Positions 29,836 through 39,040 of a DNA stretch of 64,000 bases are shown piece after piece. The stretch is from an uncultured Candidatus Izemoplasmatales bacterium. Lineage in GTDB: Bacteria; Bacillota_I; Bacilli_A; Izemoplasmatales; Izemoplasmataceae. The notes under the pieces are model-generated. The model saw only the letters and a program-made list of their open reading frames with translations, was not told where the DNA came from and did not search any database. The number at the start of each line of letters is the position of its first letter. Within the stretch, counting starts at the first letter, position 1. The stretch spans positions 5,672 through 69,671 of the forward strand of contig CAYLQZ010000002.1 of NCBI GenBank assembly GCA_964386055.1, read 5' to 3'. The position numbers were made by a program, and so were the translations under genes.

Positions 29836-31139
29836 TTGGATGCTCCTTTTTCGCAATCTGTGCAATCATTTTGTTTTTGGGTAAGTGCTTCAACTAAATA
29901 TATGTATAACTCATCAAATTTCACACGGGTTTCTGTGTTCAGTAATTGATCTTTTACATTGGCTTCGCCTTGCGATGCTTCTTCGTCACCAATAATCACG
30001 ACAAATCGTGCATTATTGTTGGCCGATTGTTTAAATTGGGCTTTCATTGATTTTTCCAAGTAGTCTTGGTCAACCATTAAGCCTCCTAAGCGCAGTCTTT
30101 GAGCTAACTTAGCCGCTTCATTGCGCCCCTGATCGCCCATTACTAACATATAAGCATGTAAGTACGGGTTAGGAACATTATAGTCGTTTGCTTTTAATGC
30201 CACAACTAGCCGTTCAATGCCATAAGCAAAGCCAACGGCTGGTGTATCTGGTCCGTCTAGGCTTTCGACTAAATGATTGTAGCGTCCCCCGCCACAAATC
30301 GCATTTTGACTTCCGAGTAACGCTTCGCTTACTTTAAGTTCAAATACCGTATGGGTATAATAATCTAACCCTCTTACAAGGTTATGATCTACCAAATACT
30401 CAATATTAGCAGCGTCTAAATAGGCTTTTACTTTTTCAAAATGGTCACGCGCTTCACGACTTAAATAATCAGTCGTTTTCGGCGCTGTTTTCATACTCTC
30501 GTGTGTTTGATCTACTTTACAATCTAAAATTCTTAAAGGATTAGCTTGAAAACGACGATTACAGTCCTTACATAAAGATGCTAAATGCGGTTCAAAATGG
30601 CTTTTTAAAGCCGTTTCAAAAAGGGCTTTAGATGCACCGTCCCCTAGCGTGTTTAAATGGACTTTTACGTCTTTAATTTTTAAGGCTTTTAACAAAGTCA
30701 CCGCATAGGCAATGACTTCAGCGTCCATAGAAGGATGATTGGCCCCAAAGGCTTCTGCGCCAAATTGTCTAAATTCTCTGAATCTCCCTTTTTGCGGACG
30801 TTCATAGCGAAACATGCTGCCGTAATAATATAATTTTTGGGGAGTAAAACGAGAAGCGTATAATTTATTTTCAATATAAGCTCTTACAACCCCCGCTGTC
30901 CCTTCAGGGCGAAGCGTATTGACACGATTTCCACGGTCAGTAAAATCATACGTTTCTTTACTAACAATGTCACTATCTTCCCCAACAGTGCGGTGAAATA
31001 AATCTCTTGTTTCAAAATGCGGCGTCCTAATTTCTTGAAAATTAAAGAGTTTTGAAACCCTTTCAATTTGTTTTTCGATCGCTTTAAAATATTCGATATC
31101 ATCGGTGATATCGTAAGTCCCTTTCATACGTCTGATCAT
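29832..31139 (-). CDS. hisS: histidine--tRNA ligase
   Basis: MKGTYD, LRPEGTAGV and GGGRY motifs. 435 aa. Confidence 0.95.
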   Translation of the reverse strand: MIRRMKGTYDITDDIEYFKAIEKQIERVSKLFNFQEIRTPHFETRDLFHRTVGEDSDIVSKETYDFTDRGNRVNTLRPEGTAGVVRAYIENKLYASRFTPQKLYYYGSMFRYERPQKGRFREFRQFGAEAFGANHPSMDAEVIAYAVTLLKALKIKDVKVHLNTLGDGASKALFETALKSHFEPHLASLCKDCNRRFQANPLRILDCKVDQTHESMKTAPKTTDYLSREARDHFEKVKAYLDAANIEYLVDHNLVRGLDYYTHTVFELKVSEALLGSQNAICGGGRYNHLVESLDGPDTPAVGFAYGIERLVVALKANDYNVPNPYLHAYMLVMGDQGRNEAAKLAQRLRLGGLMVDQDYLEKSMKAQFKQSANNNARFVVIIGDEEASQGEANVKDQLLNTETRVKFDELYIYLVEALTQKQNDCTDCEKGASK

Positions 31140-31149
31140 TATAATCCTC

Positions 31150-31376
31150 CTAGATATAAAAAAATCACCCTGTAAGCCAAGGGCGAAAAATTCCGCGGTA
31201 CCACCTTAATTCCGAGTTGTCTCGGCGCTAAGACTTTAACGCAGTCATACGTCTTTTTTTACTATTATTCAAAAAAGCCCTCAGAAATGTCAAGCAAGCG
31301 ATGAATAGATGTTTACACCACCCACATCTTCTCTAGAAAATCATTCGCATGCGCAGTTTCCTCTACAGTTGATTTC
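31150..31376 (-). promoter_or_regulatory. T-box leader (tRNA-sensing riboswitch) of the hisS-aspS operon
   Basis: Minus-strand AATTAAGGTGGTACCGCG T-box sequence (31194-31211), followed by the terminator UCGCCCU/AGGGUGA plus U7 (31157-31185). Confidence 0.85.
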
Positions 31377-31405
31377 ATTATAGCGTTAAGGGGGCTACAT
31401 GTCAA
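31377..31405 (-). promoter_or_regulatory. consensus sigma-A promoter of hisS-aspS
   Basis: TTGACA, 17-nt spacer, TATAAT on the minus strand. Confidence 0.75.
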
Positions 31406-31432
31406 TTCATAGTCCCTTTTTTAACGATTTAA

Positions 31433-31472
31433 ATACGAAAAAATCAAAGCCCATTTAGGCCTTTGATTTTTT
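31433..31472 (-). terminator. terminator overlapping the sipW-like stop codon
   Basis: AAAATCAAAGGCC / GGCTTTGATTTT hairpin followed by a T-run. Confidence 0.75.
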
Positions 31473-31991
31473 CGTAGAATCTTTAAGTAATATTTTATAA
31501 ATGAGATAAATCCCAATAATATTTAGTGCAATAACAATGCGGCCGATAAGGCTTTGAGCAAATAAAAAGATTCTCCCAATAAAGGCTACGTGCCCTCGAT
31601 AGATTCCAATAATATCCGATTCGTTAAGTACCCAATCATCTGGAGTGTTGGCTTCTTCTGCGATGGTTTGAAAGGTTAGGCTACTATTATCGCGATCAAT
31701 TGAATAAATGTAGTGGATGACTACAACATCTTGATTATTGATGGTGGTATTAAATGCAATGATATCGCCAACGGTTAAATCTGTCTTTTCAATGGACTCA
31801 TCAATGATGACCATATCCCCAACGTGAATCGTCGGCTCCATCGAATCGGTCACAACCACTTTTTGATGATAGCGGTTTAAAAAGGCTAGATCATCTACAA
31901 CTAAAACCATGACAATATACCCTAATAATAGAAAAAACAAAGTATTGAATAGTCGTTTCCAAAATTTTCTGTTTTTCAACATTTTAATCAT
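31455..31991 (-). CDS. SipW/archaeal-type signal peptidase I (S26B)
   Basis: N-terminal TM helix, VTDSMEPTIHVGDMVII serine motif, and a C-terminal TM anchor. Confidence 0.8.
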   Translation of the reverse strand: MIKMLKNRKFWKRLFNTLFFLLLGYIVMVLVVDDLAFLNRYHQKVVVTDSMEPTIHVGDMVIIDESIEKTDLTVGDIIAFNTTINNQDVVVIHYIYSIDRDNSSLTFQTIAEEANTPDDWVLNESDIIGIYRGHVAFIGRIFLFAQSLIGRIVIALNIIGIYLIYKILLKDSTKKSKA

Positions 31992-32067
31992 GGCCTTCCC
32001 CCTATTTTGTATAATTTATCTTACCACGAAGGCATGGTTTAACCAATACTTTAGAGTACTAAATATT

Positions 32068-32104
32068 GTAAAAATGTAAAAAGACGGCGCAAGTCCGTCT
32101 TTTT
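32068..32104 (-). terminator. rho-independent terminator after the secreted-protein gene
   Basis: AAAAAGACGG / CCGTCTTTTT hairpin plus T-run. Confidence 0.8.
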
Positions 32105-32149
32105 AGGGGGAGATGATCAAATGTTTCGAGTTAAAAGCAATCAATTCAT

Positions 32150-32596
32150 CTATGGGGTCATACTATAATGCACATTGGTGATTGATAATATTAATGCTTT
32201 ATTATGTTCTGTCATAGGATTCATCTTGAGCGTTGAATGATAAATTACGCCATCTTCTGTTGTTTCTAATGCATCGATTTTTACAGTGAATAGATCATCA
32301 TCTTGAATCGTTTCGCCTGTATTTAAAGTGAGCGTTACTTCGCCGTTTGGATGAAGGGTTTCGTCGTGGTCAATGGTGTGTAAGTATTCAATTTTATGCG
32401 TCGTATCACTTGTAGTCAAACGGTTCATTGGAATTAATATTTTATGCTCACCCGTTAATCGATTGGAGTCTACCACTTCAAAGTCTTGGGTAAAAAACTC
32501 ATCAAAGTTTTGGGTGGTTTCTTGATATGAAAATACTGTGACATTAACCGTAATAAGTAAAAAAACTATTGTGGCTAAGAAGACGAACTTTCTCAT
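32150..32596 (-). CDS. small secreted or membrane-anchored protein, unknown function
   Basis: Signal-peptide-like MRKFVFLATIVFLLITVNVTVFS. AGGGAG RBS 8 nt before the ATG at 32596. The track start (GTG at 32605) overlaps the RBS. Confidence 0.6.
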   Translation of the reverse strand: MRKFVFLATIVFLLITVNVTVFSYQETTQNFDEFFTQDFEVVDSNRLTGEHKILIPMNRLTTSDTTHKIEYLHTIDHDETLHPNGEVTLTLNTGETIQDDDLFTVKIDALETTEDGVIYHSTLKMNPMTEHNKALILSITNVHYSMTP

Positions 32597-32619
32597 CGTC
32601 ATCACTCCCTATGAACATT

Positions 32620-32699
32620 AAGTTAGGCAACTGGCTGTCTACGTGAGACCCTGTAGTTTTCCGTCCCAAGATTGCTCTTGGTTTGGCTTTGGCAAACTT
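32620..32699 (-). promoter_or_regulatory. structured leader with a c-di-GMP-I (GEMM-I)-like riboswitch core
   Basis: Minus strand: CAAAGCCAAACC-[CCAAGA GCAA UCUUGG]-GACGGAAAACUACAGGGUCU...ACAGCCAGUUGCC. Compare the remembered consensus GGCAAACC-[stem GNRA stem]-GGGACGCAAAGCC.C.GGG...AGCC.G.UUGCC. The flanks AAGUU/AACUU can close a P1. Confidence 0.4.
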
Positions 32700-32749
32700 A
32701 TTGCCCATGAGATTAGCTCATAGCAATAGTTTGATGTTTGTATACACTC

Positions 32750-32777
32750 ATTATAGCACATATTTTTACAATTGCAA
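32750..32777 (-). promoter_or_regulatory. sigma-A promoter driving the riboswitch-like leader
   Basis: TTGCAA, 16-nt spacer, TGCTATAAT (extended -10) on the minus strand. Confidence 0.65.
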
Positions 32778-32782
32778 AAATA

Positions 32783-33373
32783 TTACGTAATGGTTACGGT
32801 TGTTTTAAAGGGCGCAAAAATTTTAGAGTGTGCTTTCGCATAATCAATGTCAGTAAAACTAGACATCACAAAATCTGTGATAGTCCTATCATACCGACGA
32901 TAATATTTTCTTAAAACCCCTTCATAAGTAAATCCAAGTTTATCTCTTAATTTCTCGCTTGCTTTATTGTTAGGAAAATGCGCATAGGATATTCTTCTAA
33001 GGTGTAAATGTTCAAACCCGTAAATCATCACGGCCATCGACGCTTCGTACATATAGCCTTTTTGTTGGTGTTTAGGATGACACACCATGCCGATGTGGGC
33101 TTTAAAATTTGGTTGGTAGCCGTGCAGTTCAATGGTTCCTACCAATGTGTTCGTCTCTTTTAATAATACACTAAAAACACCAGGTTGATTTTCTTTTGGT
33201 TTGTTTAGTGCGTATTCGATATATCGTTTGGTATCTTTAATAGTCGTATGGGGCATCCAGCCCGCATAAGGACCTACATCATCACGCCATGAATAATCAA
33301 AAATGGCTTTTGCATCGGAACGTTTAATCTCTCGAAGCAAAAGCCTTGTTGTCTCAATATTGGGTAGACTCAT
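32783..33373 (-). CDS. RimJ/RimL-type GNAT N-acetyltransferase
   Basis: TTRLLLREIKRSDA N-terminus typical of the family. 196 aa. Confidence 0.75.
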   Translation of the reverse strand: MSLPNIETTRLLLREIKRSDAKAIFDYSWRDDVGPYAGWMPHTTIKDTKRYIEYALNKPKENQPGVFSVLLKETNTLVGTIELHGYQPNFKAHIGMVCHPKHQQKGYMYEASMAVMIYGFEHLHLRRISYAHFPNNKASEKLRDKLGFTYEGVLRKYYRRYDRTITDFVMSSFTDIDYAKAHSKIFAPFKTTVTIT

Positions 33374-34169
33374 CGTCTGGGACTAACATACTCCACCGAT
33401 CAATATCGACAAAGTTGAGTTTTTTATAGAGTTTTTCAGCAATTGGGTCGTCATAATATAAACATAGCGTTTTGCCTTTATGATTAATGTAGAGATCCAT
33501 TAAATAATGCATGACGGTTTTTCCATATCCAAATCCACGATAGTCACTATGGGAAGCGACCGCTACAATCATGGCGCTTTTTTTACTTTCATAAACAGCG
33601 GAAGCCGTTGCGACGACTTGGCCATCTTGTTCGATAAATACCGTGGTTCCATTTGCGCCAGAATTATGTAAAAAATATTGAATCGCTTCTGCTTTGCCCT
33701 TGGCATGAACCGTATAAAGTTCGGGAATCGTCTTTAATAATTCAAACACCATTTCAGCGTCTTGCTTTGTATCTAAAATGCGAATGCCTGAATAATCAAT
33801 CGATTCATCACGGCGAAAGGTTGTTGATTTCATAAAATCCATTTTATCTTCCCGCATACTGGGGTAATACGCTTTAATCGGCTGTAATAGTTTTTCTCTA
33901 CTGCTTATAAATATGAAATCAAAGGCATTAAATATATCAATCCACGCTTTATTAAAATCATCTTCTACCGCGTAATAGGTTAGCGTTGACATGTTGCGGC
34001 TTAATACCGCAAAAAACTTATCATCTCTGAATTCAGCGTATAATTGTTGGTAGTCATTTTCGAAGGCACCATTATAAATATCACCAATAATATACAAATT
34101 AATCTCTGGTGCATGATATAAAAATTCTAACACAGCGGTTTTATCTTCTAAGGTCAATTCTCTAATCAT
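33354..34169 (-). CDS. two-domain GNAT acetyltransferase
   Basis: C-terminal HSDYRGFGYGKTVM acetyl-CoA motif. 271 aa. Confidence 0.65.
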   Translation of the reverse strand: MIRELTLEDKTAVLEFLYHAPEINLYIIGDIYNGAFENDYQQLYAEFRDDKFFAVLSRNMSTLTYYAVEDDFNKAWIDIFNAFDFIFISSREKLLQPIKAYYPSMREDKMDFMKSTTFRRDESIDYSGIRILDTKQDAEMVFELLKTIPELYTVHAKGKAEAIQYFLHNSGANGTTVFIEQDGQVVATASAVYESKKSAMIVAVASHSDYRGFGYGKTVMHYLMDLYINHKGKTLCLYYDDPIAEKLYKKLNFVDIDRWSMLVPDDESTQY

Positions 34170-34614
34170 GGTTGGTCGTCCTTTCTACAAGTAAAGTTAC
34201 TGGCCCATCATTAATGAGTTCGATGTCCATATGCGTTTTGAATACACCGGTGTGGACATTAATACCGTAATCACTGAGCGCTTGGTTGAACGTTTCATAC
34301 AAGGTATGTGCCGTTTTTGGGTCTAAGGCTTCACTAAACGAAGGACGGTTCCCTTTATTGGTTTTGCCTTCTAAGGTGAATTGTGAAATCGATAAAACGT
34401 CATAGCCTTTATCTAATAAAGATGTATTCATTTTACCGTTATTATCTTCAAAAACTCTTAAGTTCGCAATCTTTTTTGCCATCCAAGGAATGATTGAAGC
34501 GTCATCTCCGACTTTAAATGAGACGAATAAACACAATCCGTTCTTTATTTCCCCCACACGGTTCCCTTCCACGATACACGTTGCTTTTTTAACACGTTGA
34601 ACAACAATTTTCAT
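34162..34614 (-). CDS. dtd: D-aminoacyl-tRNA deacylase
   Basis: MKIVVQRV N-terminus, SQFTL and NDGPVT motifs. Confidence 0.95.
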   Translation of the reverse strand: MKIVVQRVKKATCIVEGNRVGEIKNGLCLFVSFKVGDDASIIPWMAKKIANLRVFEDNNGKMNTSLLDKGYDVLSISQFTLEGKTNKGNRPSFSEALDPKTAHTLYETFNQALSDYGINVHTGVFKTHMDIELINDGPVTLLVERTTNHD

Positions 34615-36797
34615 TACTTCATCAACCGTTCTATATTTAAAACGCCATTGATTTTTTGAAGGTTTAATATAATATTTTCAAGTTCGCTTCGGTTTTTCAC
34701 GCCGACTTTGATTTTAATTACGCCTTCACTGCGTTTATTGGTTGACGCGCTGACTTGATCAACTTTTCCTGCTTGAGTAGTCGTTGTGTTGATGATTTCG
34801 GCTAGAATATTATCACGATTGATCACAATAAGTTTTAAGTTTACGCCGTGAATGTCTTGGTTTAAAGAGGCCCACTGAACATCAATAAAGCGTGCTTTTT
34901 CCAAGTTTTGTAAGTTTTTACATTCGCTTCTATGCACAGCGATGCCGGCGCCTTTTGAAATATAGCCTTTAATGGGATCGCCGGGTATTGGCATACAACA
35001 GTTTGACAATTTAACGCTAGGGTTATCTAACCCTTCTACCGTAATATTGGAATCGGTATGTTGAGCTGGGCGTTTTTCTCTTTTGTTGATGCTTTCTATG
35101 AGTTGGGTTTCATCAAAATCTTCTTTTTCTATTACCGCGTTCATTGCGCTTCGAGCGGTTAAAGTATTTTTTCCGATTTCATAGTACAAATCTTCTATAC
35201 TTTTTACCCCTTTTTGCGCGAAATGTTTTTCGCATATTTTATCTGTTAGTTGAACTTTTTGTCCGCGTCTATCAATTTCTTTATTGAGTTCTTCACGGCC
35301 CATTTCTACTAACACATCACGACGTTGCTTATTCAAATAATTTTTGATTTTACTTTTAGCGCCTGATGTCTTGACGAGTTTTAACCAATTATCATTAGGC
35401 CCAAAGGAATTTTTGGAGGTCTTAATTTGAACAATATCGCCCGTTTCAAGTTCATATTCAAGCGGGACAATTTTGCTATTAACAATCGCCCCAATGGTTT
35501 TAATGCCAACTTCAGTATGAATCCTAAACGCAAAATCAAGTGGCGTTGAGCCTTTTGGTAAATCAATAATATCGCCATCTGGAGTGAATACATACACGTT
35601 TGAATGAAAGATGTCATCGCGAAGTAAGTTTAATACTTCTTCATCTGATTCACTTTCCTCTGTGAACTTGATTAACTCACCATACCATTTAAGTTTATTA
35701 CTGACCATTTCTGTCATCGGCACATGAGAGCCAGTTTCTTTATACGCCCAATGCGCTGCGATTCCGTATTCCGCAATTTGATCCATTTCTTTGGTACGAA
35801 TTTGGATTTCATAGATTTTTCCTTGCGCAATGACAGAGGTATGAAGCGATTGATAAAGGTTAGGTTTGGGCATCGCAATATAGTCTTTAAAACGGTTAGG
35901 GATAGGTGTATATTTAGAGTGAATAACTCCAATTGCGCTATAACATGCTTCAACGCTTTTGACAATAATTCTTAATGCTAAAAGATCGTATATATCTTCA
36001 AAATCTTTATCGCGACTTTCCATTTTTTTGGAAACCGAATAAATGTTTTTCACGCGACCTTTCACATCAAACGCAAAGTTATGCGCCTGTAATAAATTCC
36101 CAAGTTTTTCTTTCATTGAATCAAGGTCGTATTCTCTTGACTGGCGCGTATCTTTAATCATTTGTGCTATACGGCGGTATTTATCAGGATTCATATATTT
36201 AAACGATGTATCTTCTAACTCGGCTTTTAAGATATACATCCCCAAACGATGGGCAAGCGGGGCAAAAATATCTAAGGTTTCTCTAGCGATGCGGACTTGC
36301 TTTTCTTCAGGTAAACTGCCAATCGTTCGCATATTATGGAGTCGATCTGCTAATTTAACAATGATGACTCTAATATCTTTTGCCATCGCGAGTAACATTT
36401 TCTGATAATTTTTAGCTTGAATCATTTGTTTTTCTTCTTCTGCATCGTTGATGCCTTTAAACTTATACTGGCCAAGTTTGGTCACACCCTCAGTCACTAA
36501 GGCAACCTCTTCACCAAACTTTTTTTCAATGTCTTCAAAAGACGCTTTTGTATCTTCTATGCAGTCATGCAAAAGACCCGCCATTAATGTGGTAGGGTCT
36601 GTTTTGTATTCTGACAAAATATAAGCCACGTTTATAGGATGAATAATGTACGCTTCGCCGCTTTTTCTTTCTTGGCCCTCGTGATGCTCGAGCGCAAAAT
36701 TATAAGCGTCTTCGATAAGCTTGAGATCATCATCGTTGGTGACATAAGATTGAATATTTTTCATTAAGTCGCTAAATTTTGGACTCTCCATAAGCAA
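34614..36797 (-). CDS. relA: bifunctional (p)ppGpp synthetase/hydrolase
   Basis: HD domain (HDCIEDT), synthetase domain (YQSLHT), TGS and ACT regions. 727 aa. Confidence 0.95.
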   Translation of the reverse strand: MLMESPKFSDLMKNIQSYVTNDDDLKLIEDAYNFALEHHEGQERKSGEAYIIHPINVAYILSEYKTDPTTLMAGLLHDCIEDTKASFEDIEKKFGEEVALVTEGVTKLGQYKFKGINDAEEEKQMIQAKNYQKMLLAMAKDIRVIIVKLADRLHNMRTIGSLPEEKQVRIARETLDIFAPLAHRLGMYILKAELEDTSFKYMNPDKYRRIAQMIKDTRQSREYDLDSMKEKLGNLLQAHNFAFDVKGRVKNIYSVSKKMESRDKDFEDIYDLLALRIIVKSVEACYSAIGVIHSKYTPIPNRFKDYIAMPKPNLYQSLHTSVIAQGKIYEIQIRTKEMDQIAEYGIAAHWAYKETGSHVPMTEMVSNKLKWYGELIKFTEESESDEEVLNLLRDDIFHSNVYVFTPDGDIIDLPKGSTPLDFAFRIHTEVGIKTIGAIVNSKIVPLEYELETGDIVQIKTSKNSFGPNDNWLKLVKTSGAKSKIKNYLNKQRRDVLVEMGREELNKEIDRRGQKVQLTDKICEKHFAQKGVKSIEDLYYEIGKNTLTARSAMNAVIEKEDFDETQLIESINKREKRPAQHTDSNITVEGLDNPSVKLSNCCMPIPGDPIKGYISKGAGIAVHRSECKNLQNLEKARFIDVQWASLNQDIHGVNLKLIVINRDNILAEIINTTTTQAGKVDQVSASTNKRSEGVIKIKVGVKNRSELENIILNLQKINGVLNIERLMK

Positions 36798-36806
36798 GGC
36801 CTCCTT

Positions 36807-37319
36807 TTAGTAAGTTAATAAACTATGGACTTTATATTGCTTAAATTTATGACGGCCTTTAAGTTGTGCAAGTTCAATTAAAAAGACAATCCCGACGACG
36901 TTGCCCCCTGCTTTTTCAACAAGTTTAATCGTCGCTTCAATCGTTCCCCCAGTAGCGAGTAAGTCATCCACAATCACCACGCGTTGTCCGGATTTAATAT
37001 CGTCTTTGTGAATCGATAATTCCGTTGAGTCGTACTCAAGATCAAAGGATTCGGTATAGGTTTCTCTAGGCAGTTTACCTGGTTTTCTTACCGGAATAAA
37101 CCCAACGCCTAAATTAATCGCGACTGGGGTCCCAAAAATAAACCCCCGCGCATCGGGTCCAACAATCACATCAGCGTCTTTATCTCTAGCATAATCGCTC
37201 ATTTGTTTTACAGCATATTTTAATGCACTTCCATTCGCAATTAACGGCGTAATATCTTTAAACATTACTCCATCTTTAGGGAAGTTTGGTACCGTTTTTA
37301 TGTAGTCTTTTAGTTTCAT
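36807..37319 (-). CDS. apt: adenine phosphoribosyltransferase
   Basis: VIVDDLLATGGT PRPP motif. The ATG at 37319 follows a GGTGA RBS, and the track start is an upstream GTG. Confidence 0.95.
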   Translation of the reverse strand: MKLKDYIKTVPNFPKDGVMFKDITPLIANGSALKYAVKQMSDYARDKDADVIVGPDARGFIFGTPVAINLGVGFIPVRKPGKLPRETYTESFDLEYDSTELSIHKDDIKSGQRVVIVDDLLATGGTIEATIKLVEKAGGNVVGIVFLIELAQLKGRHKFKQYKVHSLLTY

Positions 37320-37386
37320 ATTGATCACCACTTTTTTAGTATAGCTACATTATAACATAATCTTTTTATCAATTGGTTGAAAGTAT

Positions 37387-39027
37387 TTACATACTGCTAG
37401 GCGCATCGACCCCGATAAGCTCTAACCCATCCTTAAGAACCACCCGTGTCGCTTCTAGCACATTAAGATGTTCGATAATATGTTGTTGCTCACCCTTTAA
37501 AATAGGCACAGCGCTATAATAGCTATGTAAGGCACTCGCTAAGGTGTGTATATAGTTGGTAATTTTATGCGGCGTACGTTTAAGCGCCGCGTCTTCAAGC
37601 GTTGCAGGGTAATTATTTAAGATTTTTAATAACGCTACTGTTTGAGGATCGGTTAGTTTATCATAGTGACGAATAGAGTTATCAGGTTCATAGCCTTGTG
37701 CTTTGGCTTTTGTGAATAAAGTATGAATTCTTGCATGCGCATATTGTGCGTAAAATACAGGATTATCGTTTGACTTTTTAATCGCTAAATCAAGATCAAG
37801 ATCCATGTGGGTATTTAGAGAATGTTTGCTGAAGAAATAGCGTATTGCGTCTTTCCCAACTTCTTCAATTAAGTCTTTTAAGGTAATAGATTTCCCACTT
37901 CGCTTCGACATCTTAATCTCTTCACCATCTTGTAAGACCTTCACCATTTGTAAAATATCCACTTGCAAGGTTGCTTCAGTGCCCCCTACCATTTGAACGG
38001 CTGCATTTAAGCGGTCAATATAGCCATGATGGTCGCCCCCAAGAATGTCGATTAAGGTTTCAAACCCACGATCCATTTTGTTTTTATGATAGGCAATATC
38101 AGGCAACAGATATGTGTACGTTCCATCGCTTTTAACAATTACTCTATCTTTTTCATCGCCATAAGCAGAGGTTTTTAAAAATAGGGCATCGTCTTTTTCG
38201 TAAGTATGACCTTGGGCTTTAAGCGTCTTTAATGCATGGCTCACTTCCCCGTTCTCATAAAGCGACTTTTCACTGAAAAAAACATCAAAGCTTACCCCAA
38301 ATGACGCAAGGTCATCTTTGATTCCTTGAAGTAAAAACGCAACACCATATTTACGGAAAAAGAGATAGCCGTCTTCGTATAAATATTTATCGCCATACTC
38401 GTCTTTAATGGTTTGCGCAAGTTCCATAATTTCTTTGCCGTAATAAGCATCGTCGCTCATTGATAATTCGCGACCAAAAAGTTCGTGGTAGCGTACATTA
38501 ATCGATTGCGCTAAATTATGAATTTGGTTGCCCCCATCATTCACATAAAACTCTTTGGTCACATCGAAACCGGCTTTTTTCATGACCCGACTCATAGAAT
38601 CTCCTGCAGCGGCTCCACGGGCGTGCCCCACATGCATACTCCCCGTTGGATTGACACTAACAAACTCAATGTTGATTTTTTTACGGTTTCCAACCGTTGA
38701 ATCCCCGTAAGTTTCTTGTTGGTCTATAATAGTATGTATCACATCGGTAAAAACGCTATTGGAAAGATAAAAGTTAATAAATCCAGGGGGCGCAACTTCA
38801 ACTTTTTCAACAGAACTCGGGATTTCAAGCGCTTCTTTAATCGTCTTCGCAATGGTCAATGGATTGGTTCTTAAGGTTTTTGCTAAACTCATTGCGATAT
38901 TGGTAGAAAAATCGCCGTTTTGTTTATCTTTTGGTTGTTCTATATGAATGGTATCGACTTCTAAGTCATAACTTTGTTTCAGTGCAGCTTCGATCAATGC
39001 TTTAATCGTATACTCTATTGTTGGCAT
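37387..39027 (-). CDS. argS: arginine--tRNA ligase
   Basis: SVNPTGSMHVGHARG (HIGH) and MSKRSGK (KMSK) motifs. Confidence 0.95.
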   Translation of the reverse strand: MPTIEYTIKALIEAALKQSYDLEVDTIHIEQPKDKQNGDFSTNIAMSLAKTLRTNPLTIAKTIKEALEIPSSVEKVEVAPPGFINFYLSNSVFTDVIHTIIDQQETYGDSTVGNRKKINIEFVSVNPTGSMHVGHARGAAAGDSMSRVMKKAGFDVTKEFYVNDGGNQIHNLAQSINVRYHELFGRELSMSDDAYYGKEIMELAQTIKDEYGDKYLYEDGYLFFRKYGVAFLLQGIKDDLASFGVSFDVFFSEKSLYENGEVSHALKTLKAQGHTYEKDDALFLKTSAYGDEKDRVIVKSDGTYTYLLPDIAYHKNKMDRGFETLIDILGGDHHGYIDRLNAAVQMVGGTEATLQVDILQMVKVLQDGEEIKMSKRSGKSITLKDLIEEVGKDAIRYFFSKHSLNTHMDLDLDLAIKKSNDNPVFYAQYAHARIHTLFTKAKAQGYEPDNSIRHYDKLTDPQTVALLKILNNYPATLEDAALKRTPHKITNYIHTLASALHSYYSAVPILKGEQQHIIEHLNVLEATRVVLKDGLELIGVDAPSSM

Positions 39028-39040
39028 AATGACACGTCCT

